Positions 52,058-61,523 of a stretch of DNA of 64,000 nucleotides are shown here, in pieces. Under the pieces are notes generated by a model. That model was given only the letters and a program-made list of their open reading frames with translations, made no database searches and was not told where the DNA came from. Source of the stretch: Gaiellaceae bacterium (GTDB lineage Bacteria > Actinomycetota > Thermoleophilia > Gaiellales > Gaiellaceae); the NCBI GenBank assembly GCA_035711385.1, contig DASTCG010000026.1:2133-66132 (forward strand). Direction: 5' to 3'. The position numbers and the translations under genes are program-made. Position 1 is the first letter of the stretch. The number at the start of each line of letters is the position of its first letter.

Positions 52058-52738
52058 GTGTGGGTCTGGGAGCGGTGGGCGGCGGGGACCGGTATCGCGT
52101 TCGTTCTCTGCGCCGCGATCGCGTTCCTGATCGTTCCCGACCCGCCGAAGGCCGACGAGGGGAGCGAGTTCATCCTCAACTTCTTCGCAGTCAACGATTC
52201 CGACCTGCTCTGGCAGGCGTTCTTCTTCGGCCTCGGCGGCGTCTTCCTGCTGTGGTTCGCCGGGACGCTGGCGGTCGCGCTGCGCCGGGCCCAGGGCGAC
52301 CGGCTCGACCGGACGCCGGCGATCCTCGCGGCGGCGGCCGCGGCCGCCGTCGCGCTCTTCCTCCTCGGTGTGACCTCGGTCGGGGCCCTCGCCTCCGGCG
52401 TCGAGGGCATGGACCAGGGCGTCGCCTACGGCATGTACCAGCTCGGCAGCTTCGCGTTCGTGATGACGGACTTCCCCGCCGCAGCGTTCGTCTGGGCGGC
52501 CTCGCTGGGGATTGCGCGGTCGAGCCTCCTTCCGGCCTCGGTCGGCTGGGTCGGCGGTGTCGTCGGACTGCTGCTCGTGGCGAACGCGGGCGGCCGACTC
52601 CTGGCCGACAGTCCGGACTTCGCCCCCGGCGGCACGGTCAACACGCTCGCCTTCGTGTTCTTCCTCTTCTGGATCCTCGTCACCAGCCTCTTCCTCGTGC
52701 AGCGGCTGCCGCCCTCACGGCGGGCACCCGAGAGCTAG
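52058..52738 (+). CDS. polytopic membrane protein, hypothetical (226 aa)
   Basis: GTG start, six hydrophobic segments, good GC3 bias. No confident family. Confidence 0.65.
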   Translation: MWVWERWAAGTGIAFVLCAAIAFLIVPDPPKADEGSEFILNFFAVNDSDLLWQAFFFGLGGVFLLWFAGTLAVALRRAQGDRLDRTPAILAAAAAAAVALFLLGVTSVGALASGVEGMDQGVAYGMYQLGSFAFVMTDFPAAAFVWAASLGIARSSLLPASVGWVGGVVGLLLVANAGGRLLADSPDFAPGGTVNTLAFVFFLFWILVTSLFLVQRLPPSRRAPES

Positions 52739-52757
52739 ACGCGGGAATCGGTGCCGG

Positions 52758-52979
52758 CTACCCCGCCGGCGCCACAGTCTCGAGATCGCCCGCCGCCGGC
52801 GTCGCGCGGGAGAGGAGGACGCTCGCGACCACGATCCAGCTGAGCCCGGCGAGGAGCAGCACGTACATGTAGCCTCCGCTCGGCGACCAGAAGCCGTCCG
52901 TCGCCCAGTTCGTGGCCCGGAGCGCAACGAGGGCTGCGGCCGTGAGCCCGAAGAGCTCGAAATACGGGAGGTCGGTCAA
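52758..52979 (-). CDS. small membrane protein (73 aa), hypothetical
   Basis: TTG start 5 nt after the ppdK stop. Two hydrophobic helices and strong GC3 bias. Confidence 0.45.
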   Translation of the reverse strand: MTDLPYFELFGLTAAALVALRATNWATDGFWSPSGGYMYVLLLAGLSWIVVASVLLSRATPAAGDLETVAPAG

Positions 52980-52984
52980 GCGGG

Positions 52985-55543
52985 CTAGCCGCCGATCGCG
53001 ACCGCCTCGACGCCCGCTTCGTGCAGCGCCGCCTGCGCGGCCGCGAGCCGTGCGAGCGGTACCCGGTACGGCGAGCAGGACACGTAGTCGAGCCCGAGCG
53101 TGTGGCAGAAGGCGACCGACGACGGCTCGCCACCGTGCTCGCCGCAGATCCCCAGCTTGATCTCGGGCCTCGTCGAGCGTCCTCGTTCGACGGCGATCCG
53201 CATCAGGTCCCCCACCCCGCTCTGGTCGAGCGCCTCGAACGGGTTCCGCTCCAGCACGCCGTCCTGGAGGTACTGCGTGAGGAACTTGCCCTCGGCGTCG
53301 TCCCGCGAGAAGCCGAGCGCCGTCTGCGTCAGGTCGTTCGTGCCGAACGAGAAGAAGTCCGCCTCCTCGGCGATCTCGTCGGCCCGAATGCAGGCCCGCG
53401 GGAGCTCGATCATCGTCCCGACGTGGAAGTCGATCTCGCCCTCCTCGGCGGCCGCCGCCATCGTCAAGCCGCGGAGACGGTAGAGCTCCTCCCGGAAGCC
53501 GACCAGCGGGTGCATGATCTCGACGAGGGGTGCCTCGCCGGTCCGCTCGCGGACGGCAAGCGCGGCGCGGATGATCGCCCGCACCTGCATCTCGTAAATC
53601 TCCGGGAACATGAGGCCCAGCCGGCAGCCGCGGGTGCCGAGCATCGGGTTCGCCTCCTGGAGCGCGCGGATCCGGGCGCGCATCCGCTCGTCGGTCGCCT
53701 CCTCGAGCGGCGGGAGGAACTCGTGAAGGGGCGGGTCGAGCAGGCGGATCGTCACCGGCAGGCCGGCCATCGCCTCGAAGATCCCCTCGAAGTCGCCCTG
53801 CTGGAAGGGAAGGAGGCGATCGAGGGCGCCTCGCCGCTCGTCCTCGCTCGACGCCATGATCATCTCGCGGACGACGGGGAGCCGGTCCTCGGCCATGAAC
53901 ATGTGCTCCGTCCGGCAGAGGCCGATGCCCTCGGCGCCGAACTCGCGCGCCTTCGCCGCATCCTCGGGCGTGTCCGCGTTCGCCCTGACTCCGAGGCGCC
54001 GGATGCCGTCGGCCCAGCCCAGCACGGTCTCGAAGTCCTCGTTGAGGCCGGGCGGCATCAGCGAGACCTCCCCGAGGATCACCTCGCCCGTGCCGCCGTC
54101 GATCGTGATCGTGTCGCCCTCCGTGAGCTGCGTGCCGTTCAGCGAGGCGGTGCGCGCGGCGCTATCGACCGAGAGCGCCTCGCAGCCCGCGACGCACGGC
54201 TTGCCCATGCCCCGCGCGACCACGGCGGCGTGGGACGTCATCCCCCCGTGAGCGGTGAGGATCCCCTTCGCGTGGATCATCCCGTGGATGTCGTCCGGGG
54301 TCGTCTCCCAGCGGACGAGGATCACCGCCTCCCCGTTCTGGCCGCGCTCCTCAGCCGTGTCCGCGTCGAAGACGATCCGGCCCGACGCCGCCCCCGGCGA
54401 GGCGTTCAGGCCCCTGGCGACGACCTCGTAGCTCACCTGCGGGTCGATGCGCGGATGGAGGAGCTGGTCGAGCTGGCCCGGATCGATGCGCGCGACGGCC
54501 TCCTCGCGTGAGATCAAGCCCTCCTGGACCATGTCGACCGCGGCCCTGAGCGCCGCGGCCGCGGTCCGCTTGGCCGTGCGTGTCTGCAGGAGGTAGAGCT
54601 TCCCGTCCTCGACCGTGAACTCGAGGTCCTGCATGTCGCGGTAGTGCTCCTCGAGCCTCCGGACCGTCTCCACGAACTCGTCGAACGCGCCGGGGAGGCG
54701 CTCCTTCATGGCGGCGATCGGCTCGGGCGTCCTGATCCCGGCGACGACGTCCTCGCCCTGCGCATCCGTCAGGAACTCGCCGTAGAGCTCCGCCTCGCCC
54801 GTCGACGGGTCGCGCGTGAAGGCGACACCGGTCCCGGACTCCTGCCCCTTGTTCCCGAAGACCATCTGGACGACGTTGACGGCGGTGCCGAGGTCGTCCG
54901 GGATGTCGTTGTGGCGACGGTAGGTCTGCGCGCGGGGCGTGTTCCACGACTCGAAGACGGCGCTGACGGCGCGCGTGAGCTGCTCGCGTGCGTCCTGCGG
55001 AAAGGCCCTGCCTGTCTCCTCCTCGTAGATCGCCTTGAAGGTCACGATCAGGCCGGGGAGGTCGGCCTCCTGCTTCGCGAGCGCGTCCGAGAACCGGTGT
55101 CCGTCGATGTCGTCGACGGTCTCCCCGTACATCTGGATCAGCCGGCGGTAGGAGTCGTTGGCGAAGCGCTCGTTGCCCGTGCGACGCGCGAGCCCGGCCG
55201 CCGCCTCGTCGTTGAGCCCGACGTTGAGGATCGTGTCCATCATCCCCGGCATCGAGATCGCGGCGCCCGAGCGGACCGAGACGAGGAGCGGGTCGTCGGG
55301 ATCGCCGAATCGCTTGCCCGTCTTCTCCTCCAGGCGCGCGAGGTGCTCGTCGATCTCGGCCTCGAGGCCAGGGGGGAACTCGCCGCTCGCCATGTACGCG
55401 CGGCAGGCGTCGGTCGTGACCGTGAAGCCGGCCGGGACCGGGATGCCGAGCTGCGTCATCTCGGCGAGGCCGATCCCCTTGCCGCCGAGCAGGTCGCGGC
55501 CGCCCTCTGTCTGCTCGTCGAAGTCGTACACGTAGCGCGTCAT
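52985..55543 (-). CDS. ppdK: pyruvate, phosphate dikinase
   Basis: N-terminus LLGGKGIGLAEM, phospho-His region GGMTSHAAVVARG, and C-terminal PEP-utilising motifs FFSFGTNDLTQ and ICGEHGG. Confidence 0.95.
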   Translation of the reverse strand: MTRYVYDFDEQTEGGRDLLGGKGIGLAEMTQLGIPVPAGFTVTTDACRAYMASGEFPPGLEAEIDEHLARLEEKTGKRFGDPDDPLLVSVRSGAAISMPGMMDTILNVGLNDEAAAGLARRTGNERFANDSYRRLIQMYGETVDDIDGHRFSDALAKQEADLPGLIVTFKAIYEEETGRAFPQDAREQLTRAVSAVFESWNTPRAQTYRRHNDIPDDLGTAVNVVQMVFGNKGQESGTGVAFTRDPSTGEAELYGEFLTDAQGEDVVAGIRTPEPIAAMKERLPGAFDEFVETVRRLEEHYRDMQDLEFTVEDGKLYLLQTRTAKRTAAAALRAAVDMVQEGLISREEAVARIDPGQLDQLLHPRIDPQVSYEVVARGLNASPGAASGRIVFDADTAEERGQNGEAVILVRWETTPDDIHGMIHAKGILTAHGGMTSHAAVVARGMGKPCVAGCEALSVDSAARTASLNGTQLTEGDTITIDGGTGEVILGEVSLMPPGLNEDFETVLGWADGIRRLGVRANADTPEDAAKAREFGAEGIGLCRTEHMFMAEDRLPVVREMIMASSEDERRGALDRLLPFQQGDFEGIFEAMAGLPVTIRLLDPPLHEFLPPLEEATDERMRARIRALQEANPMLGTRGCRLGLMFPEIYEMQVRAIIRAALAVRERTGEAPLVEIMHPLVGFREELYRLRGLTMAAAAEEGEIDFHVGTMIELPRACIRADEIAEEADFFSFGTNDLTQTALGFSRDDAEGKFLTQYLQDGVLERNPFEALDQSGVGDLMRIAVERGRSTRPEIKLGICGEHGGEPSSVAFCHTLGLDYVSCSPYRVPLARLAAAQAALHEAGVEAVAIGG

Positions 55544-55581
55544 GGGCTGGGGATTATCGCTCAGCGGCGATACTCCGATCC
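55544..55581. promoter_or_regulatory. 38-nt divergent control region with two -10-like boxes and a 6-bp inverted repeat
   Basis: Plus-strand GATACT (55569-55574) lies 7 nt before the pepE-like ATG. Minus-strand GATAAT (complement of 55553-55558) lies 9 nt before the ppdK ATG. Inverted repeat TATCGC-N6-GCGATA at 55555-55572. Confidence 0.35.
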
Positions 55582-56259
55582 ATGTCCGAACGGACCATCG
55601 TCCCCTTCGGCGGTGGCAAGTTCTGCGACGGCGCCGCCCGCTACCTGACCGGGCTGACCGGGAAGGACCGTCCGCGCGCGCTCTTCATCGGGACCGCGGG
55701 AGCGGAGGATCCCGCGCAGGCGCTCCGTGTCCACGACACCTTCGCGCCGCATGCGGAGGTGTCTCGGCTCGAGTTCTTCCCCTGGCCGCCGGAGGATCTG
55801 CGCGGCACGGTGCTGGCGCAGGATCTCGTGTTCGTGGGCGGGGGCAACACGGCGAACATGCTCGCGATCTGGCGGTTGCACGGCGTCGACGCACTCCTGC
55901 GGGAGGCGCACGAGGCGGGCGTCGTCCTGTCGGGATCGAGCGCCGGCGGGATCTGCTGGTTCGAGCACGGCGTCACCGACTCGTTCGGGCCGCAGCTCGA
56001 GCGGATGGACTGCCTGGGCTTCCTGCCGGGCAGCTTCTGCCCGCACTGGGACGACGAGGCGAAGCGGCGGCCTCGATGCGAGGAGCTGCTTCGGGACGGC
56101 TTCCCGTCGGGGTATGCGGCCGACGCCGGCGTCGGCCTCCACTTCGTGAACGGCGAGCTCGTCGGGGCCGTGGCCTGCGACGAAGGCTCGGGCGCCTACC
56201 AGGTCGAGCTCGTGGACGGGGCGCTCGTCGAGACACCGATCGAGACGCGGCTCGTGTGA
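55582..56259 (+). CDS. peptidase S51 (dipeptidase E-like) family protein
   Basis: LVFVGGGNTANML ... LSGSSAGGICWFE (nucleophile Ser) ... PHWD. Confidence 0.85.
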   Translation: MSERTIVPFGGGKFCDGAARYLTGLTGKDRPRALFIGTAGAEDPAQALRVHDTFAPHAEVSRLEFFPWPPEDLRGTVLAQDLVFVGGGNTANMLAIWRLHGVDALLREAHEAGVVLSGSSAGGICWFEHGVTDSFGPQLERMDCLGFLPGSFCPHWDDEAKRRPRCEELLRDGFPSGYAADAGVGLHFVNGELVGAVACDEGSGAYQVELVDGALVETPIETRLV

Positions 56260-56651
56260 GCCTCCGCGAGGGCTGGGAGCGCGAGGCGCCGAACGGGATC
56301 CGGGGGGCCCGCAAGCCCGGGCTCGACCTACTGGCGGTTTCGACGAGAGGCGTTCCTGGCCTCGCTCCCGTCGCCGGGCCGTTTGACGGTGGACGTGGGG
56401 TGCGGCGAGGGACGGGTCACGCGCGATCTCCGGGCGCTCGGCCACCGCGTCGTCGGCGTGGATGCGTCCGCGTCAATGATCGCTGCCGTTCGGAAGGCGG
56501 ATCCCAGGGGGAGTACAACGAGGCGGATGCCGGGGCGCTGCCCTTCGAGGACGAGGCGGCGGACCTCGTCGCCGCATTCATGGTCTTGATGGACCTCGAC
56601 GACATTGACGCGAAACCGCTGTTCCTCGACATCCGCGCCGTGAAGCCGTGA
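56256..56651 (+). pseudogene. class I SAM-dependent methyltransferase remnant (frameshifted, 3'-truncated)
   Basis: The N-terminal piece is in frame a. The SAM motif YWRFRREAFLASLPSPGRLTVDVGCGEGRVTRDLRALGHRVVGVDAS is in frame b. The GEYNEADAGALPFEDEAADLVAAFMVLMDLDD piece is back in frame a after the G5 run at 56507-56511. It ends after ~130 codons, without the C-terminal half. Confidence 0.65.
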
Positions 56652-56680
56652 GTGTCGCGCCGGCACAGAACCGCGCGAGA

Positions 56681-56837
56681 TCGACCGGGTGAGTCGTCCG
56701 GTGTGGACAGCTTCCGCCGGCTCGCCGCGGCATCATTCTCACCGCTTGCGCACCTGCGCCCAGCACCGGGCAAGAACCGGCGCACTTTCGTCACCGACTC
56801 CATGGCCCCGCGAGCCGGGTCCGAGGGACAGTCCCTC
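56681..56837 (+). repeat. 157-nt intergenic repeat, copy B
   Basis: Same orientation, same length and same conserved blocks as 39408-39564, with an identical 17-nt terminal palindrome at 56821-56837. Confidence 0.6.
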
Positions 56838-56864
56838 CCCGCCTCGGCGCGCGCTCCAGCGCCG

Positions 56865-57374
56865 ATGATCGAGCTCCGCCCGATGACGCCCGCGTTCCTC
56901 GAGGCCGTGCTCGGCGACCGGCGGGACGAGGCCGCGCGCCTCATCGACGCCGAGTTGCCGGACGCGTTCCCCACGCAGGGCGAGCGGAGGTTCCTCGGCC
57001 TACGGCTACGCCAGATGGAGAAGGACGAGCGGTTCGAGACCTGGTGCCCTCACGCAATCGTCCTCGACGACGCGATGATCGGCCACGCCGGCTACCACGG
57101 GCCGCCGGGGATCAACTCGACGCAGGATCCGCAAGCCGTCGAGTACGGCTACACGATCTTCCCCGCCTGGCGGGGCCACGGCTACGCGACCGAGGCGGCG
57201 GTAATGCTGATGGACATGGCCGAGGAGCGGGCAGGCATCCGACGCTTCGTGCTCTCGGTCTCGCCCGAGAACGACCCGTCGCTCGCCATCGTCCGCAAGC
57301 TCGGCTTCGTCAAGACCGGCGAGCAGATGGACGAGGAGGACGGCCTCGAGGACGTGTTCGAGCTCGAGCGCTAA
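56865..57374 (+). CDS. GNAT-family N-acetyltransferase
   Basis: ATG 56865. Acetyl-CoA motif region FPAWRGHGYATEAA...LGF. Confidence 0.85.
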   Translation: MIELRPMTPAFLEAVLGDRRDEAARLIDAELPDAFPTQGERRFLGLRLRQMEKDERFETWCPHAIVLDDAMIGHAGYHGPPGINSTQDPQAVEYGYTIFPAWRGHGYATEAAVMLMDMAEERAGIRRFVLSVSPENDPSLAIVRKLGFVKTGEQMDEEDGLEDVFELER

Positions 57375-57547
57375 CCGCGCCGCCTGGCCCTGAACTCCGC
57401 GATCCATGCCAGCCCGCGCAGGCCGAGCCACAGCGGAGCGAGCAGGAAGTAGAAGAGCAGCCCGGCGATCCCGAGCAGGACCCACCAGAGCGCCCAGCGC
57501 CACCGCGGCACCGGCTTCGCCCGTGCTTCCGCCGCCGACGGATTCAC
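57371..57547 (-). CDS. small membrane protein (58 aa), hypothetical
   Basis: GTG 57547 forms a GTGA overlap with the upstream regulator stop. It has a Trp-rich hydrophobic hairpin (WRWALWWVLLGIAGLLFYFLLAPLWLGL). Confidence 0.4.
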   Translation of the reverse strand: MNPSAAEARAKPVPRWRWALWWVLLGIAGLLFYFLLAPLWLGLRGLAWIAEFRARRRG

Positions 57548-58362
57548 GATGCCGCTGCCGCGCGCTCCCGCTGCTCGATCACCTGGATCACCCGCGCCGC
57601 TGTTTCCTCGATGGACAGCTCCGAGATCTCGATCACCGGGCAGCCGAGCCGCTTGTGGAGCCTCGCGGCCGCCTCCAGCTCGTCGTAGATCTCGGTCAGC
57701 TCCTTGTACATGCGGTTGTTCCCCCCGAGCCGCCGTGCGCGGTCGGTGCGGATCTCGGCGAGCCGCTCGGCGTCGATGGTGAGCCCCACGACCTTCTTCG
57801 GGTCGACGCGGAAGAGCGCCGGCGGCGGGTCGATCCCCTTCACGACCGGGACGTTCGCGGTCCGGTACCCGAGGTAGCCGAGATACATCGAGAGCGGCGT
57901 CTTCGACGTCCGCGAGACGCCGACGAGGACGATGTCCGCGTCCTCCAGGCCGCCGACGACCCCGTCGTCGTACTTGACCGCGAACTCGATCGCCGCCATC
58001 CGCTTGAAGTAGTTGGAGTCGAGCGGCGGCCGGGCGCCTGGCGCCATCGCCGCCGCCTGGCCGGAGACGCGCGCGACGGCGTCGATCGGGTGGCCCAGGA
58101 TGTCGCAGTAGTGGACGCGGGCGCTCCGGCAGAGTGACCGCATGGCCTCGCGCAGCTTCTGGTCGACGAGCGTGTAGAGAATCACCGCCGGCCGACCCTT
58201 CGCCCGGTTCACGGCGAGCCGAAGGTCGTCGACCGTCTCCACCCGCGGGTGGACGATGTCCTCGAACTCCTGGCCCGGGAACTGCGCCTCGAGCGCTTGC
58301 ACGAGCCGCTTCGCGGTCGCACCGGTCGCATCCGAGACCACATGGAGCTCCACGGTCGCCAT
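57544..58362 (-). CDS. pyruvate, phosphate dikinase regulatory protein (PDRP, DUF299 kinase/phosphorylase)
   Basis: VVSDATGATA N-terminus and P-loop-like VGVSRTSKTPLS. Start at ATG 58362, because the ORF extension to 58422 runs through the htrA terminator hairpin. Confidence 0.9.
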   Translation of the reverse strand: MATVELHVVSDATGATAKRLVQALEAQFPGQEFEDIVHPRVETVDDLRLAVNRAKGRPAVILYTLVDQKLREAMRSLCRSARVHYCDILGHPIDAVARVSGQAAAMAPGARPPLDSNYFKRMAAIEFAVKYDDGVVGGLEDADIVLVGVSRTSKTPLSMYLGYLGYRTANVPVVKGIDPPPALFRVDPKKVVGLTIDAERLAEIRTDRARRLGGNNRMYKELTEIYDELEAAARLHKRLGCPVIEISELSIEETAARVIQVIEQRERAAAAS

Positions 58363-58395
58363 GCGTGGGAGCGTAGCGCCCCGCCCGAAACCACC

Positions 58396-58422
58396 ATGGC
58401 CCGGTGCCAGGCACCGGGCCAT
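58396..58422 (-). terminator. 13-bp perfect hairpin after htrA
   Basis: ATGGCCCGGTGCC-A-GGCACCGGGCCAT, 24 nt after the htrA stop. On the minus strand it is followed by GGUGGUUUCGGG, a weak U-tract. Confidence 0.55.
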
Positions 58423-58445
58423 GTCTCGGCGGGAGGGGAACTGGG

Positions 58446-59507
58446 TTACTGCGGGCTCTGGGGCCGTGTGCCGAGCGTGACGGTCACGGTGCGCTCGTCT
58501 CCGCCCCGCCGCACCTTCAGCTCGAGCTTGTCGCCGGGCTTGTGGGCGTCGATCGCCTCGCGGAGCGCGTCGCCGCTCGCGATCGCCTTGCCGCCGGCCT
58601 CGACCACGACATCGCCCGTCCGGAGGCCCGCGCGGTCAGCAGGGCTCCCGTTGACGACGCTCATCAGCCGCGCCGACCCGGTGTCCTGGAGGCTCACGCC
58701 GAGGTAGGCGTGATCGATCTTGCCGTTCGCGATCAGCTCGGCCGCGACGCGCTTGGCGGTATCGCCCGGAACCGCATAGCCGATCCCGTCGCTGCCGCCC
58801 GTGTCGCTGCGGATCTGCGCGGCGACGCCGACGACCCGCCCCTGGGTGTCGAGCACCGGGCCGCCCGAGTTGCCGTGGTTCAGCGCCGCATCCGTCTGCA
58901 CGGCGTTCTCGATCGTGAATCCGTTCGGCGACTGGATCTCACGCCCGAGGGCGCTGATCACTCCGGTCGTCAGCGTTCCTTCGAGCCCGAACGGGCTGCC
59001 GATGACGACCACCGGGTTGCCGACCTCGAGCGAGCCCGTCGGCGCGAACTGCACCGTCGTGAGCTGCGAGGCCGGGCGGTCGACGTCGAGGACGGCGATG
59101 TCGGTCGAGGGATCGGTGCCGACGACGTCGGCGTTCACCTCGGTGCCGTCGCTGAACTGCACGCGGACGGAATCCGCCCCGTCGACGACGTGGTCGTTCG
59201 TGACGATGTGGCCCTCCTTGTCGATCACGAAGCCGGAGCCGGTGGCCGTGGCCTGGCCGGGCGTCTGGTCGCCGAACGGGGTCGACTGCTGGCCGCCGCT
59301 CTGTGCGTGGATCTCGACCACGGCGTCCTTGACGCGCTCGTACAGCGCCGCCGTGGAGGAGGTCCGCTGCACGACGGGGGCGTTCTCGACGGCCGACTGA
59401 GACGTCGGCGTCGAATCGGTCTCGACCGCGACAGCGGCGCCGACCGCCCCACCGACGCCCGCTCCCAACAGGAGCGCAGCGAGTATCGCCGTCAGCTGCT
59501 TGCTCAT
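58446..59507 (-). CDS. htrA: HtrA/DegP-family trypsin-like serine protease with one PDZ domain
   Basis: TM/signal anchor, catalytic TNDHV / D / GNSGGPVLD, and a C-terminal PDZ (GSPADRAGLRTGDVV). Confidence 0.9.
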   Translation of the reverse strand: MSKQLTAILAALLLGAGVGGAVGAAVAVETDSTPTSQSAVENAPVVQRTSSTAALYERVKDAVVEIHAQSGGQQSTPFGDQTPGQATATGSGFVIDKEGHIVTNDHVVDGADSVRVQFSDGTEVNADVVGTDPSTDIAVLDVDRPASQLTTVQFAPTGSLEVGNPVVVIGSPFGLEGTLTTGVISALGREIQSPNGFTIENAVQTDAALNHGNSGGPVLDTQGRVVGVAAQIRSDTGGSDGIGYAVPGDTAKRVAAELIANGKIDHAYLGVSLQDTGSARLMSVVNGSPADRAGLRTGDVVVEAGGKAIASGDALREAIDAHKPGDKLELKVRRGGDERTVTVTLGTRPQSPQ

Positions 59508-59654
59508 CGAATCTGCGTCCTTTCCGTGGTTTTCATGGCTCCATCGAACCTCAGGCGACTAAGAGCCGCCTGAGAACGGCGTTGCTCTTCGGTTAAGGCC
59601 GGTTAAGGCCGGGCACGCCGGCGAAGCCGGCACGCCCTCCGTGGTCGGCGCCGG

Positions 59655-61523
59655 CTAGCCGGCGCCTCGCGGAATCTGGGCCAGGTCGCCCAGGGCGCCG
59701 AGTGTGTCGCGCACGTCGAGGAGCAGGCGGAGCCGGTTCTCGCGGACCGTTGCGTCCTCGGCCATCACCAGCACGTCCTCGAAGAACCGGTGCAGGACCG
59801 GGCCGAGCCGCGCACCGGCCTCGACCGCCGCGTCGAAGTCGCCGGTCTGCAGTGCGTCGGCGATCTGCGGCTCGACCTCGGCCAGCGCGTCCGCGACCTC
59901 GCGCTCGGTTGGTTCCGAGAAGAGCCCCGGATCGAGCCGAACCGCCGCCTCCTCCTTCTCGCCGAGGCGGCTCGCGCGGATGTAGGCGGTATGGATCGGC
60001 TCGAACCGCTCGTCCGGAAGGGCCGCCAACGATTGCGCGAGCCGGGCGACTGAGCCGAGGTCCGGCACGCTCGCCGCCCGCGCGGCGCGCACGTACTCGA
60101 CCGGCACGTCGCGCAGCAGCCCCTCGAACCGCTCCTCCACGAACTCCGCGACCTCCTCGGGAAGCAACTCCCTGGGAACGGTCAGGCCGCCCTCCGTGGC
60201 GAGCCGGCAGAGGCCGATGGCGGCGCGCCGCAGGCCGTAGGGATCGCGCGACCCGGTCGGCCTGTGCCCGAGCGCGAACGAGACGCCGAGGGTGTCGATC
60301 TTGTCGGCCGCAGCGAGGACGCGGCCCGGCTCGGTCTCGGGCAGAGGCCCGCCGGCCGAGTCGGGCAGGTACTGCTCCGCGACCGCGGCGCTGACCGCCT
60401 CCGGATAGCCGGCCGCCCGTGCGTACTCGGCGCCGATCGAGCCCTCGAGATCGGGAAACTCCCGAACGAGCTCCGAGGCCTGATCCGCCTTCGCGAGCCG
60501 GGCTGCCTCCAGCGAGGCGTCCCCTCCGCCGAGCTGTTCGACGAGCCGCACGAGCCGCCCGCTCTTGTCCGCGAAGGTTCCGGCTTCGGCGAAGTAGACG
60601 ATCGAGCCGAGACGCGAGGCGAGCTCGTCGATGCCGGCCTCGAGATCGCGCTCGAAGGTGAAGCTGGCATCGTCGAGTCGCCCCTCGAGCACGTTCTCGT
60701 TTCCGGCCCGCACGACGTCGGGATCGCCGCCGTTCGCGACGAACGCGAAGCGGTTCCCGCCGAGCGGGAAATACCGCTGGTGGGACTGCATCGCGGTCTC
60801 GATCACCCTGCCGGGAAGCGCGAGAAAGCGCTCGTCGAAGCGTCCGTCGAGCACGACCGGCTTCTCGACCAGGTGGATCACCTCGGGGAGCTTTCGGAGC
60901 GGGTCTCGCCAGTCGCCGAGCGCGTCGAGGCCCTCCCGGATCAGCCGCTCGCGCACCGCGGCATCGGGCTCGACGTCGGCGGCACGAAGGGTCTCGGCGT
61001 AGGCACCGGCGCTCCGCACCTCGACCTGCCCCTTCGTGAAGCGATGGCCGAACGTGGTGGTGCCGTGACCCTCGACGGGGTCGCCGTCCAGCCGGGCGCA
61101 CGTCCAGCGCACCGGCCGCGGAAACCGCAGTCCCGAGTCGTCCCACCGCATCGTCTTGCCGAAGGCGAGGCCCTGGAGGATCCCGTCGAGGGCGCCCGAG
61201 AGCGTCTCCGCCAGCGGCTGCGCAGGCTTGACGACGCCGAGGAAGCCGTCGCGCTCCTCGAGCTCCTCGGGGGCGACGCCGTGCCGCTTCGCGAAGCCTG
61301 CTGCGGCCTGCTCCCGCAGCGACACCGGCGGGCCCTTGACCCACTCGTCGCCGGTCGGCTCCTCGACGGTCGCGAGGAGCGCGAGCCTGCGCGGACCGAC
61401 GAGGATCGCGTCGGGCGCGACGCCGAGCTGCCGCTCGCTCAGCGACGGGAGCTGCGCCTCGGCCTCGTAGACCGAGCCGGCAGGCAGCTCCTCGCAGCCG
61501 ATCTCAAGCAACAGCAGCGGCAT
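59655..61523 (-). CDS. glyS: glycine--tRNA ligase beta subunit
   Basis: [16 protein letters not shown]-terminus and conservation throughout. ATG 61523 overlaps the glyQ 3' end by 20 nt. Confidence 0.9.
   Translation of the reverse strand: MPLLLLEIGCEELPAGSVYEAEAQLPSLSERQLGVAPDAILVGPRRLALLATVEEPTGDEWVKGPPVSLREQAAAGFAKRHGVAPEELEERDGFLGVVKPAQPLAETLSGALDGILQGLAFGKTMRWDDSGLRFPRPVRWTCARLDGDPVEGHGTTTFGHRFTKGQVEVRSAGAYAETLRAADVEPDAAVRERLIREGLDALGDWRDPLRKLPEVIHLVEKPVVLDGRFDERFLALPGRVIETAMQSHQRYFPLGGNRFAFVANGGDPDVVRAGNENVLEGRLDDASFTFERDLEAGIDELASRLGSIVYFAEAGTFADKSGRLVRLVEQLGGGDASLEAARLAKADQASELVREFPDLEGSIGAEYARAAGYPEAVSAAVAEQYLPDSAGGPLPETEPGRVLAAADKIDTLGVSFALGHRPTGSRDPYGLRRAAIGLCRLATEGGLTVPRELLPEEVAEFVEERFEGLLRDVPVEYVRAARAASVPDLGSVARLAQSLAALPDERFEPIHTAYIRASRLGEKEEAAVRLDPGLFSEPTEREVADALAEVEPQIADALQTGDFDAAVEAGARLGPVLHRFFEDVLVMAEDATVRENRLRLLLDVRDTLGALGDLAQIPRGAG

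Noticed and set aside
58363-58422. N-terminal extension of the PPDK regulatory protein to 58422
   Set aside because: The extension coincides with a perfect 13-bp hairpin that looks like the htrA terminator. The conserved N-terminus (ELHVVSDATG) starts at ATG 58362.
59591-59610. Tandem GGTTAAGGCC x2 in the glyS-htrA intergenic region
   Set aside because: There are only two 10-nt copies inside a region already explained by terminator/promoter hairpins, which is too short to call a repeat family.
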